Of a DNA stretch of 64,000 nt, positions 10,623 to 23,689 are shown piece by piece. Origin of the DNA: Lama guanicoe. Lineage: Eukaryota. The stretch covers positions 1,178,001-1,242,000 of the forward strand of contig MU053652.1 in assembly GCA_013239625.1 (NCBI GenBank), read 5' to 3'. A program made the translations under genes and the position numbers. A model generated the notes under the pieces. It was not told where the DNA came from and searched no databases. It worked only from the letters and a program-made list of their open reading frames with translations. Numbering within the stretch: the first letter of the stretch is position 1; each line of letters starts with the position of its first letter.

Positions 10623-13600
10623 GCCTAGAATATATCAATGCTTGGCCTTGTGAGCTTCATCAAATGTTTTTAATGATATGGTGACTGAGGTTATGGAGCT
10701 AGACAGCTCTGTGTATTTGTGAACCTTGTTTCCTGCCTTTTCCACATCCCAGCTCCCCCAGGATTGTAGGTTAATGGAAACTTCAGGGAATATTTCCCTG
10801 AGTTCTGCTATCTTAGCCTCAGTCTTTAGCACAGCTTCCTAACCTGTGTTTGTAGATCAGTTGGTTTCTTAGACTCAGAGTAGCTGGTGTACCCTCATGC
10901 CGTACAAATACTTGCTTTTTCTGTCTGCATTGTGATGTGAGAAAAGCTCAACAAAGCTAATAGCGCAGGCTCTTTGAGTATATTTCCCTTACCCATTCAA
11001 ACCCAGCCCAAGAAAAGAAGTAAGATTTGGCATTTTATTTTGAAATGATCTTGCCTTTAGGTTAAGAATGCAATTAGACTATGATTGTGTAAAGTAACAA
11101 AGATTTATTCTCATAAAAGTTTAAAAAAATATATTTGTAAAAAGTAGAAAGCCTTGAAGTTTGTTCTCTTCTGCATTTGTCTCATTTGGAGTTTTAGTTA
11201 GTACCCCATAATTTTAAGATTTATAATTTAGATGGGTTATGAAGTAATTTTTCAAGTCTATAAAAATAATACTGATAAAAATGTCATCAGCCTTTTCTAC
11301 ATTTTTCACTGTCAAGTAAATTATATTTTAAGTGCGAGTTGAATTTTTAATATTCGTTAAAATGCTTTTCTTCCTTGAAGGACTCTTTAATTCATACCAG
11401 CCCTGGGCTATTCATATGTGTGAATATAGGGCATAGTTGATGGGCTGAGAACTCCAGGATTTCTGTATATAGGAACTAATACTGTATTTTGTCATATATA
11501 TTGTTTTGAGAATATAATTTATGCTGTAAGAAGGTCATTTCCTCTAAAGACTTTACTCAAAATGTATTTTTTCCCCAAACCTTGAACCAGACCAATGACT
11601 CGTTGCAGTATCTGCATGTAACACTATTCAGGCAAAATAATGTACTGTGTGACACAGAGCAGATTATAATGCCATTTTAATAAATGAGCGTGCTCTAAAG
11701 AATTTAACTGTGTCATTGCTGCATCAGAATCTTTGTTATGTGCTATCTAAACTACATTGGTTTACCAGAATTTTTTTTTAAGGCTAGCATAAGGGAATAC
11801 CTTGCACTTGGTACCTTGCATATAGTGCAAGAGATATCTTATACAAAACTTACCTTCTCATTAACATCTTGCATAATTTGATTTTAAAAATCCATGTTGG
11901 ATATCGATTTTTTTCCTTTCCTCCTTGATCCTTTAGTTTTTCTGCCCTTTATAGTGAGGGCAGACCGCTCATGTTTAATCCTATCTAATGCTGCGGAAAC
12001 TTTGTTCCCAAATCAATATGAAAAACCAGGCAGGAAATGATACTGGGAGGCTGTTTGTTGGTTTCCTAAGCCACTAGATGAAAATGATGAATCTGGAAAA
12101 AAAGACAAATGAACTCAATTTTATTATTATACTCACCATGCAGGTTTCTCTGTACATTACTTGTCACTGGGAAAAATAAGAAAGATTTGCCGATTTGTGT
12201 TAAGTGGATCACTGAGATCGCTAAGTATTTGGCAGCCTTAACAAATTGCAGGAAACCAATTTAAGCAGGAAACAGCACAGCCCAAACTAAACAGCCAATT
12301 TAGGGAAACAGATGCATGTATATGTTCTATGTATTTTTCTCCCGGAATCTGGCCCTCCTTATATTTAAACAGCTCTTTAAGGCTCATTTAGACCTAACAG
12401 TGTAGGGAGAGTTCACAGTAACACGCTACACTTGTTCCTTTGGGTTGAGTGAGTTACAAGAACTGAAGGGAGTTATAATATCCTGGTTTCCACCTTTTAA
12501 TATGTGAAATTTTGTTGATGCCAGTGATTCAACAGTGCTTTCTTTTGCATATACTGAAATAGTTTGCCTGACAGTTCCTAAAAGGAAGAAATGTATACAC
12601 TTTTACTTTAAAGGTATGATCTGAATCAAATTCTCTAGTTAGTATATTCCATTCTTAAAAATAAATCCATAAACAGTCTACATTTAGTGGGTAGTTGAAC
12701 TCGTTAGTAGTGGATGTAGTACTAATGTAGTACCCTTCACTTGCTCAGTTAATATTGTGGAGTAGGTGATTGAATAGGTAAGTGAGACAGAATATATAAG
12801 AGGTCTAGAAAATGCTTTAGGACTTTGAAGAAAGAAGGTCAAGAGCTTGGACAGGCTGGCCGTCAGGGGAAGTGTACCTTAGCCAAAACTTGAGGATAAG
12901 AGGGTTGGGGATGTTGGTGCTGATGGTGTTCCTGGTGGGGTTAGTACACAGAGACCAGATAGGAGTTCCAGTAGCGGGTCTCATGGGTGTGAAGGCTGGG
13001 AAAATTACAGTTTTATCTTATCTTGTAGGCCCTAATGGTTATTGAGCAGTTTCATTTAATTTTAGGATGCGGATTTAGAAAGTTGCATTAGTTGCTACTT
13101 TTCAAATATACTCAGATGTTAACATTTTTATGGCTAAAAATGCAGTGCTGATTTTCTCATTGATATTTTTATATTTAACAAACAAATCTAACTGGTAAGA
13201 ATATATGTTTTACACCATAGGACTGAATAAAACAGTTTTCATTTTCATGAAAAAATGAGCATCCCCATAAACATTTTTGTTTGTCCTGAAGTGGCTCTAT
13301 ATCAAAACAAAGCAAAACAAAAAAACCCACCGTTGTCCTCCACTACTTGAGGTCCGTGGAGAGTAAAGCAGATGCTTTCTGAGCAGGGAAGGTGAAATGG
13401 TGAAATGGTACAACTGGGTTCCTGGAAGGCTCACGTACAGTGGGAGTTGGAAATTGCAGGTAGGGAAGACGGCTGCGACATGGTCAAGGAACAAGTGGCA
13501 GAGGCAGACGTGGATTTGGCGGCTGTGGCTACGTCACACTTCTGTCCTTTCTCCCCCTGGGCTAGAGTGCTTTCCCCTGTGCCACTTGATTCACCGCTCT

Positions 13601-14169
13601 GTGATGTATTTATTTTAAGAAACCAGCACAAATTTAAACTCACTCTGTTTTGAGATTGAGAAGAGAGCATAGAAAAATAAAAAAAATGAAACAGATCATT
13701 GACAATATAGTGTATATTCCATGGTATTTTGGGATGGTTGAAAGGGGAGTCACACAGAAAAGCAAAAGCTGCAGCACAATAGGAACGGGATTACAGAGAG
13801 AGAAGCTTGGTAGGTCCTGAAATGTCAGTGAGTCGCACCTTCCAGTAGTTTTCTGTGGCTTGGAACTTCTGCCCTTTGATTTCCTAGCGAACTGACTGAC
13901 CACTGACCTCAGCTGCTTTTTTATTAAATCTTCAGAGGCCCCTGCCCTGTGACTGTCTAATTTACTTTCCATTAGTGCTTTCAAGTGTTATGAAATCAGG
14001 TGGGCCAGATATTCCCCACCTGTTCCTAAGTTACTAGAAATAAGCAGCTGTTTTCTTAGGTGTATTGCATACTGTAGGTGAGAAATATGGTTATGCCGTG
14101 GGGCCACTGGACTCAGGAACTGGAGAGAAGTAACTTCAGTGACCGGCGGAAGAACAGAGAAGCTTTTTT

Positions 14170-15070
14170 TTAAGGTCTAGCTTTATTTAATTAATTAATT
14201 TATTTACTCTTTCAAGTTGAAGTATAGTTGATTTACAATGTTGTGTTAGTTTCTGGTGTACAGCATCATGATTCAGTTATAACATATACATATTCTGTTT
14301 CATATTCATTTTCATTATAGGTTATTACAAGATATTGAATATAGTCCCCTGGGCTATACAGTAGGACCTTGTTTAATCTATTTTATATAGATTAAACTGC
14401 TAATTCCAAACTCCTAATTTATCCCTACTCCCCTTTTCCCTTTTGTTAACCATAAGTTTGTTTTCTATGTCTGTGAGTCTGTTCTGTTTTGTAAATAAGT
14501 TAATTTGTATCATTTTTTAGATTCCATGTATAAGTGATATCATATACTTGTCTTTTTCTGACTTAATCTCCAGGTCCATCCATGTTGCTGCGAATGGCAT
14601 TATTTCATTCTTTTTTATGGCTGGCTAGTATTCTGTTATATATGTATATATACATACACACACCACAACTTCTTTATCCATTCATCTGTTGATGGACATT
14701 AGGGTTGCTTCCATGTCTTTCTTCCTATTGTAGAAAGTGCCGCCATGAACATGGGGGTGCTGTCTTTTCAAGTTAAGAGTGTTCTCCGGAAAAATGCCCA
14801 GGAGTGGGATTACTGGATCATATGGTAAGTCTATTTTTAGTTTTTTAAGGAATCTCCATACTGTTTTCTATAGTGGCTGCACCAAATTACATTCCTACCA
14901 ACAGTGTTGGAGGGGTTCCCTTTTCTCCACACCCTCTCCAGCATTTATGTTTGTGGACTTTTTAATGATGGCCATTCTGACCTGTGTGAGGTGATACCTC
15001 ATTGTAGTTTTGATTTGCATTTCTCTGATAATTAGCAATATTGAGCATCTTTTCATGTGCCATCTGTCTG
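14170..15070 (-). mobile_element. 5'-truncated L1 (3' UTR plus ORF2 C-terminus) with 14-bp TSD
   Basis: Minus-strand translation [36 protein letters not shown] is the L1 ORF2 C-terminal region. Flanks are AGAGAAGCTTTTTT (14156-14169) and AGAGAAGCTGTTTT (15071-15084), the latter followed by AA (TTTT/AA endonuclease site). Confidence 0.93.
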
Positions 15071-16269
15071 AGAGAAGCTGTTTTAAAGACCCTTACTGTT
15101 TTTTGCTACAGTAGGATTTGGACACTGAAGTCAATTGTGGGATAGTGGATTGTGTTTTCTGATAGAACAGGTGTTATTACTGAGCATAACAATGAAGTAA
15201 ATCATGGATATCACTAATAGTATATCCTAAACCACAAAGAGAAAACAGCTGTAACATATACATTTTATAATCCTGATTCAAGGTTTATAAACTATCAGAC
15301 ATTGGTTATGTAAGCAGCTGTAATGAATGACAAAGTATAGGGCATACAATACATAAAAACACCATTTTTGATTTACATTTAATATGCCAGCTGTAAAATA
15401 AACACTTGATTAGCAATATTTTTGCCTTTCTTGGAATTTGATAGACTTTGAGGGCGTCATCTAAACGGCCCAGATCTCTTCAAATAAGAGAATTTCAGAA
15501 TATTTTCATACTGCAAACAGAAGTGTTCAGAATCAATCCACTGACCCTTCTACCTATCAACCAAATAGTAGGTTATTGTTGTTAATGTTGATGTTTTTCC
15601 TTGTAAAAAACATTTTAAAAAGTGTGATCTGACCCAGGATTTCATGTCTTCCCTTTACCATTTCCTGTCTTCCTGGTTTATTCAGAATTACATGTCCAGT
15701 GCTCTGTATTAGGCCAAATTAGTGCTACCAGGGAGCAATAAGTGCTTTTAAGTCCTCTTTTAAACCTGTTCTGCTCCCAGGGCCACTTGACACTGTTGAC
15801 AGCTGTCACTGTATTTGAGTATTTCTTGAAAAGCTCTGCGAACCGCTGAGGAGCATTACAGTAAGGCCTTTCAAGCTTTTTCACAGAGTTGCCGCCGCAC
15901 GTGAAGGTTCTGGTTCTGCGTGCACTGGTTCCCCTGACTGAGTGGTTAATTGAAATATGGGTTTTAATTAGCCAGCATCAAATGATTGGAGTTTGAAATT
16001 CCTGGGTAGTAACTAACTGTCCCCTTAGTCAAAGGCCTGAGGCAGTTAGAACACCTCACGGATTGTGTGGTGGGGAGCCACTTGTCTGCTGAAAGCCCTG
16101 TGTATTGATGTTGGTGGGACTTGATTGTGTTTTGCTGATTCAGCCCCATTGTCGCTAGAGTCCTTCAGGGGCACCCAAAGGCCTTGCTCTGCATTTGATG
16201 AGTAGCAGCAGAACCTTGCACTCTCTACATTTTCCTTTTCATGGTTTCCAGTCTTAGTTTCTCCCATCC

Positions 16270-16915
16270 CTGGTGTTGCTGCCCTACTCTGGCCACCATC
16301 CTCTCTCTCCCGCGTGTTCTCACCTTGTCTCTTGCTTGAGGTCCTGCCCTTCAGTCTGTGCGCCAGTCTATTCTCTACAGAGAATGTAGAGAGTGCAGCC
16401 CTAGTAATCCTTCCAAAGTGTAAAACCAGTCATGCCATTCCTCTGCTTAAAGCTTGAGAGTCTCCCTGCTTCCTCTTGGGGTGGAGTCTAGATTTCTCAG
16501 ACATAGCCCACAAGGCCCTGCACGGTCCCTCTCCATTTTAGTCTCCTTGTCATCTCCCAGACCTGCTTGCATCATGCTGAACTCTCTGTCTAGCTATACT
16601 GAAGTTCTTGAGTCCTTGAATTTGTCCCTTTTGGTCCTTGACCATGTTGTCTCTTCTGTCTGAGCACTGTTCCTCCATGTGTCTACCCCAACCCCAGCCC
16701 ACCTTGCCTCCCACCCATCTTTTACCTGTAACTCTTCCTTATTGTTCAGACCCCTGCCTAGAAATCACTTACCTTAGGAAGTTCTTCCTGACTCCAAGTC
16801 TGGATTAGATACGCCTCCTGTGGGGTCTCCCACCCCCTGTATGCACATATCCTGTCACAGCACTCACCACACGGTGCTGGATTGCTATCTACTTACCCTT
16901 CTCCCTCAGATTCCA
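16270..16915 (+). mobile_element. L2 LINE fragment near the 3' end
   Basis: AATCCTTCCAAAGTGTAAAACCAGTCATGCCATTCCTCTGCTTAAAG, CACAAGGCCCTGCA and TCACTTACCTTAGGAAGTTCTTCCTGACT. Confidence 0.8.
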
Positions 16916-19229
16916 CAGCTTTTATCTGCTCATTTGTCCTCTCAGGACCTTCTTTTCTGATACTTGTTTCTGCACTTTCTGTTGCCTTGGTGTTGACCTC
17001 TTTTTGCTCAGGTGAAAAGCATTTTTAGGGCAGTCTTTGCTGCAGGTAAGCATTGACCTGTTGAGGTCAGATGATTAGGCAAAGTTGGATAAAAGGAAGC
17101 CTCAGAGGGTTGAGGACTCCCCTTCACCTTTTCTTCCACTTGGCTGCGTCTCAACGTGTGACTCAACTATCGTAACGTTTTTCTTCCTGAAAGGATGGTC
17201 TCTCTGCCCTTAGTCACTTACTTAAGGCCCCGGGCCAGCTCTTTGAAGCCTGGGGGCTTCGTGTCTGGTAACTCAGGAATGTTGAGGATTGGTTTGGCTT
17301 CTGGGTGAGGACTGGAAGGAAGACCCCCTGCCTGCATCCCCTTGGGCCTGTAGGGGAGGACTGGGAGACCAGGGAGCTGGCTTCCCTGTGTGTTCAGAAG
17401 TATAGATAGCTAAACGCTAACTATGATCAGAGGAAAATGCAGAATTTGGTGTAGCTTTTATGGGCATTTACTCAACACATCCCGTTTCCTCCTTATTGCC
17501 ATGTGACGATAATTCATTATTACTATATCAGATTTGCCCTACATCTTATTTGCTAGTTTTACTAAGTCCTTCAGATGTAATTAGTCTTGCTGTTGACATA
17601 ATGGTCATCTCCTGACTTTAAAAAATAAGCTAAAATATGGATTGCTGTATGTCAACTTTGGAGGATGAACCTAAAGAATGATATGAAAATCAGTTACTAT
17701 AATCAGGACAGATGTGATTTAAATAAAAAAACATTAAAACAATTTGAGATTGACAGTTCACCCAAAAGATTTTTATTGTTTTATTAATGCAACCAGCTAG
17801 GTTATAGACTCTAAATATTGTCCTTATAATTGTTTAAATAAATTAATTTAACAGAATATAATTATTTGAACAAAATACCTCTAACAGTCCCCAATTCATT
17901 TTCCTTCTTAAAACTTGTGCTTTTAGCAAGAAGGAGTGACTTTAACTCTCTGTGTGCTACATGCACACTCGAAGGCCGATCAGCTGTCTTCTTTGTCTCT
18001 GGTAGGAAAAATGAGGCCGAGCAAGCATCCTCTGTTTAAATTTTAGGGCACCCTACGTACCTGTTAGCATAATGTGTTTTGTTAGCTTTTCTAGGTAAAG
18101 TGTTGATTCTCTGGCAATTTCATGAGATTGAGTCCATAAGCTGCTTTCGTGACATCTTTATACAACTTTTCTAAAAAGGTTGCTTTAATATTCCTTCTCA
18201 GAAACTTTTTAGAGCGATTATTACAAGATTATGGGAGGTTAGAATCTTCTTTTCATGATTATTCTTTGACCATTGACATTTTGTTAGTTTTTTAATAAAA
18301 AATCTTTAGGAAAAACATGGGCTGTGTAATTAAAAAATAATTTTTTATGAAGCCCGATAAACATACAAATGATAAATTGTTGCTTCTGGTTCTTCTTTTC
18401 TCGTGCTGTTGAACGTTATACCTCTACTGATATAGCCAGTTTCATGACCCACATTCATCGTTTTGCAAAAATGACATTTGCAAAAAATGGCAAAGTAAAA
18501 ATTTAAAAATAGTAATTAAAAAAAATTGCTTGTTTTTTTGTCTCATTGTTGCTTATAGGACTTTGACTTAAAACTTTTGAGAGTCATGTTGTATTTTGAT
18601 TGAGAACGACCTTCTTTTTGTCCAAGTAGAACTCCTTTAGTTGAACAGTACAGAAGCCTCTGTTGTTAGTACTCAAGCCTACAGTGTTATTTCTGATGTA
18701 CCTCAGGAGGCATGATTTGTTTTGAACTAGCCAGACCCAGAATGAATGATGCAGAAGCCGACTGAAATCACCAAGTTTACTTTGCTGGCAGTGATGCAAT
18801 GTGATTGTATGCTTTTGATAATGGGATTCCAAAGGAAATTAACTTCAGTTTCTTCAAATAGAAAATGGACAGGCTATAGCTTAATTGTTTCTGAATAGAA
18901 GTTTGTGCATGCGCACACACACACATAGTGTATGTTTAGTGTTCAGAGAGCTTTTGCCGCTTGATGGTGTGTCTTCTTGTATAAGTTAACTCAGATTCCT
19001 TCAGGATAAGATGAAGAGGCTAATGTCACATGGTTGTCATGGAGACTAAATGGGATAATGTACAGGTGTTGAAATGTAACAGGTAATCAGTAAATGTCCT
19101 CCCTTTTTTTCCTCTTTAACATAGTGTCCAGGGCTCTTACTGCACTGCCCTCTTTCACACTCCAGGTTGACTCTGCCAACCTTTCTGTCCACTCTCTGCC
19201 TTTCACTTGGTGTTCTGTGCCCTTCTTCC

Positions 19230-19685
19230 AGCATTTATTTAGTGCCGGCTATGTGCCTGACACTACCAACTAAGTTCCGGGATTTCCTAGATGAACAGAG
19301 CAGAGCAATGCAAATGAGCTGAAATGGAGATACACTTGTATCATAAAGAATTGATTAAAGACCGACTCTCCCTGGGGAGGTCAGGGTAGACTTCATGAAA
19401 CAGGTGGTGATATTTGAGCTGAATATTGAAGGATGGATAGAAGTTCACCCATCAGACTCAGTGGGCTTGATGATGGGGAATGGTGGAAAGGAGGAGGAGC
19501 ATTTCTTGGGAGAAGAAATGGTGGCTGGAGCAGTTAGAATCATAGTGGGCTTAGTGATTTCTGGGAATTATAACTAATTCTGTTTATTTGGAATGCAGGC
19601 ACTGAGTGGGAGATTAGAGTATAAGGAGTAAATACAGGTGGAATAACAGAGCTAAGGAATGTGGTTTTGCTTCTGTAGGAAATGT
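19230..19685 (-). mobile_element. L2 LINE 3' fragment
   Basis: AGCATTTATTTAGTGCCGGCTATGTGCC...GGTCAGGGTAGACTTCATGAAACAGGTGGTGATATTTGAGCTGAA. Confidence 0.75.
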
Positions 19686-20064
19686 TTCCGTCCATGTGTT
19701 ACTATACTTGATTTTAATCATTTGTGTATGTGTGTGTTTGAGATCAGCTTAAAGGTTGCCTTATCAGAACTTTTCTTCATAACTATTTACCTTGCCTTCT
19801 TCTAAGCTCATATGTTCTTTTGTCTATATTTTTCTCTTGGCAATCACTACTTTATACATTAAAAAAAAGTTGCTTATTTATAGTTATGTTAGCATCTTTA
19901 CTCTGCAATAAGCTCTTTGAGGGCAGAATTCATACCTCAAAGCCTCCAGGTCTCATTGTGACCATATGATGTCTGTCTCACTGTGGAAGGTGCTCAAGAA
20001 ACACTTGACAGTGGAATGAATGAGTGGAAGGACCCATGAGCATCAGCATCCTAGCTGCTTCAAA

Positions 20065-20315
20065 ACACTATGGAACATTGTGTTCAGTGAAAGGAGTCAG
20101 TCACAAAAGAGCACATATTGTGTGATCCTAACTTTATGAAATGTCCAAAATAAGTTGCCTAGGGCTGGGGTTGTTGGGGATGCAGGTCTCAAGGGAGAGG
20201 AGTGACTGCAGATGATTGCACAACTCTGCAAGTATGTTAAAGTCCATTAAACTTTACACTTTATATGGGTGAATTTTATGCTACATAAATTCTATCTCAA
20301 TAAAGCTATTAAAAC
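20065..20315 (+). mobile_element. L1M (L1MB-like) 3' end fragment
   Basis: AGTGAAAGGAGTCAGTCACAAAAGAGCACATATTGTGTGAT...GATTGCACAACTCTG...GGGTGAATTTTATG...TATCTCAATAAAGCT. Confidence 0.85.
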
Positions 20316-21151
20316 ACTTAAAATCTTGTCACAATTTTAAAAAGCACCTTCAGATACATACTCTTTTCTGTTCCCATGTTTGCAACATACACTTGGGGAC
20401 TTGCATTATGATATTTATTATTCTGTTTTAAAATTTTGACTTGGCTCTGTAGAATGTAGGTGAAGTAGAGCTTTGGGAATTCGTACCCCTTTCAGAGATG
20501 CTTGAGAGTATAAGAGGGACTTCTGAGCAGCCTGTGCATAGTGACCTCATTCTCTGTCAAAGGCGCATGGCAGTCAGTTATTTTAGTATCAGCAGAGTGG
20601 CATTGCTGGGTATATTTGAACAGTATAGTTTTGTTTTTCAAGTTTTGGAAGAAGTTTGTCTTTAGAGAATTACACATTGCTTTGTCATAATAAAAAGAAT
20701 AACGTAGCACTGGAAAAGTGGAAGAAATGGTGCTTTTCTGTCACCTTCAGAATAAGAGAGGGAGATGTAGTTCGTTTTTGCTTGTTGATCTTGTATTTCT
20801 CACTAACAAGTACTTCATTTTTAAAGACTATTTTATACTAAAGCATTTATGAAGCCATACATATTAATAAAACATGTGTACTTAAATTGTGTAACATGGT
20901 TTTCTTTTTTCCTTCTACATGGTAAGGAACTAGTAGTGTTGGTGAAACTGCAGGGAGCACCTATTCTGGAGTGCTCATTCATGCAGAATTTAGCCCTCTT
21001 GAAAAATGAACAAAGATCATAACCAAGTGGTATTCATCATGCAGTCTATCCACAAGAAATCTTGAATGAAATTATCATCAAATAACTTAAATAAAACAGT
21101 TCCCTGACACTGTATCACCAAATGTAATCATTTAGGCCATTTACCATTATA

Positions 21152-21167
21152 TGTGTGTGTGTGTGTG
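21152..21167 (+). repeat. (TG)8 microsatellite directly upstream of a polypyrimidine tract and CAG
   Basis: Read directly from the sequence. Confidence 0.9.
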
Positions 21168-21599
21168 TTTTTCTTTTTCCTCCAGTTGATTGCCCACTAT
21201 CTTTAAAAATGGAGTGCTTCACGTTACTGTTTTGGGAAGGCTTATATGATCTACTTGACCTTGATTTAACTTAAATAGTGGCAGTGGATGGTTCTTCACC
21301 ATGAATCTGTTGGTACTAGGGTTTTTTCCCCAGAGATTCTCTAAAGCTGAAGCACTGCATTTGATTTCTCTTCACCTATCCTGCAACTAACAGAGTGCTA
21401 CTCAGTACTTCAGCCTGGGGCTGGATCATACTTTCCAAGTATGAATGCAGGGGCTTGGGCTTACTAGATCTGAGAGAGCCAGAGGCCTCAGGATTTGGTG
21501 GGAGATTTTCGTAATTGTTTCAGATAGGCCCTGTCCCTCCTATGTGTCACCCAAGAGGTTGCTCAGACACCTGTTAAATAAATGCGCCATTCTGTGGTT

Positions 21600-21740
21600 T
21601 GGTGTATGGAGCAGGGATATTGATAGATCTCAAATTCCTGATGTGACTGAGCGTGGGTCTTCAGCTCTGCCTCTTACTGTGTGTGTGACCTGAGGGCAGT
21701 GTGTTGAACCTCTCTCAACCTCAGCTTTCTCTGATTTGTG
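21600..21740 (+). mobile_element. MIR fragment
   Basis: CAGCTCTGCCTCTTACTGTGTGTGTGACCTGAGGGCAGTGTGTTGAACCTCTCTCAACCTCAGCTTTC. Confidence 0.75.
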
Positions 21741-22709
21741 ATGCCCAAGAATGACAGGGGTTACGTGCTATGTATAGTCACTTCCCTTTCTTGGGCAATT
21801 CCTGATTATTGGACAGAGGAACTCAGAATGCGTTTTCCCAAAGAAAGAATGGGTGCAGCTGAAAATAATGTTTTTATAATTCTTCAAGGTTATGATGGAT
21901 TTTGGGATTAACTTGGAAACCCAAATACCATTTCACTTTTCAATGGTGAATTTACAACGAGCTGTGCTACTACTAAGATGTTGGTACCTTCCCATAGCTC
22001 ACGATGGTTCTTTATGCCTTGTGAGGGGGCTTGAAATGCCTCACTTTGGAATTCAATATTTGAGTTCAGATATTGTCTCTGTGTAGTTCTTGTTGAAGCA
22101 AACATATTTGTGTACACAAACCTGTGTGTGAGAGAAAATAATGCATTAACCACAGAGACATCAGTATAGACATTTCAGCAGTTTAATTAGTAGCCAATGA
22201 AGGTTCCTTGCAGTAAACATAATCTAATGTCAGAGGCAAACTGTTCATTTGTAGTTGTGCCCAAGGCTAGTGTGGCTGGACAACAGAGTGAAGGGTTTGT
22301 AATAATTTACTTTTATAATAGTTTATATAGTTTTGATTGGTGTTTGTTTGTCCATTTTTCCAGTTGTGATAGTGGTGGCTTTTTGTTTTTGTTTTTCTCT
22401 ATTTCAAGAGTAGTAGCTCTTGCATTTTTCCCCATTAAACTCTAATAAGTAGCAGAGAGAATTTAGCGTAGATATACAGAACTGATTTCGTTTCAGGCTA
22501 TTTTTCAGGGAGGGGCAGAGCCCCTGCAAATGTCTGTTGTTGCAAAGTCAGTTAGAGGCAGTGTGGTGCAGTGAGAGGAGCTCATGCTTTGGGACCTGAG
22601 TCACCATGGGCCAGTCCTCATCTATAGAATTGGGTACAGATTACCCAGGGGGTAACTTGGTGCATAGAACATTGCTTCATAAATAGAGACTATTTAAATT
22701 CATGTGTTA

Positions 22710-22835
22710 TTGAATTGCTGACTGGAAATGAGATATGACTTCTATCTCAGCCTTATCACCAACCAGCCATTTTACCTTGGATAAGTTTATTTCTGTGAAC
22801 CTTAGTGTTCTTATCTGTCAAATGGTGGAATGGAC
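22710..22835 (+). mobile_element. MIR fragment
   Basis: ACCTTGGATAAGTTTATTTCTGTGAACCTTAGTGTTCTTATCTGTCAAATGG. Confidence 0.6.
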
Positions 22836-23689
22836 TCTTAACTCTGGGACTCCTTGGTTAGATTGTGAGCTTTTCAGATAAGAACCATTTCATTCCTCTT
22901 TGTTTACCAACACTGTTTATTACCTGGGCAAAATATTTTGTGATTAGTGATTGAGTTTGCAGCTATGTATATTTTGCCACTCAAGTCACAGTTATGTAGT
23001 TGTGTGTGATTATATTACGAGTGTATTTGTGTATGTCTGTGAAAATACATAAGTAGAAATTATGTCATTTTTTGAAGTATCTCCAAGCAATCTGAAATAT
23101 ACTTTTATCTCTAAAAGTTCATTCATATCTATAGGTATGTGTGTGTGTGCTTAGAGGTAGTGTGTAAAAATATATTAAAATGATCAAGGTGCAAGAATAT
23201 GCATTCTTAAAGATCTCTTGCTCTAAAATAATTTATGTTTCATTATTTGGATATGATAGAATAACTTGGCCCGTAACAAAAAATGCTGTTGGCAGCTTCC
23301 GGGTTTAAAAAAAAAAATCACTCTAGAGAATTAAGGAAAAAATAGTAATTAAAAGGATACTGTCAAAGTTGGTAGGTCTAAATATAGCATCCCAGCTGTG
23401 TTTTGGTTTGTAGGGGTATGTGTGTCATGCTGTTTCTCCCTGCGGTTTACCTGCCCTGTTATGAGCCAGGAGCGTGTTATAGTGCAGATAGAGATATTAC
23501 CTTCTGAAATGCACCTCAAGAAGTGTCTGCTTGGATGTTGCAGTGCCCCCCTGGCCTGCAGGAGCCTTGTCAGTGTCTGGAGAAGTTGAAAGCTGGCAGG
23601 TGTAATGTCGTCAGGCTTTCCGGCTTGAGTGGTCGTTTTCTGAAGGAGCTCTTCAAGAACGTAGCACAGCTTTCTCCTCTGTGCTTGAA

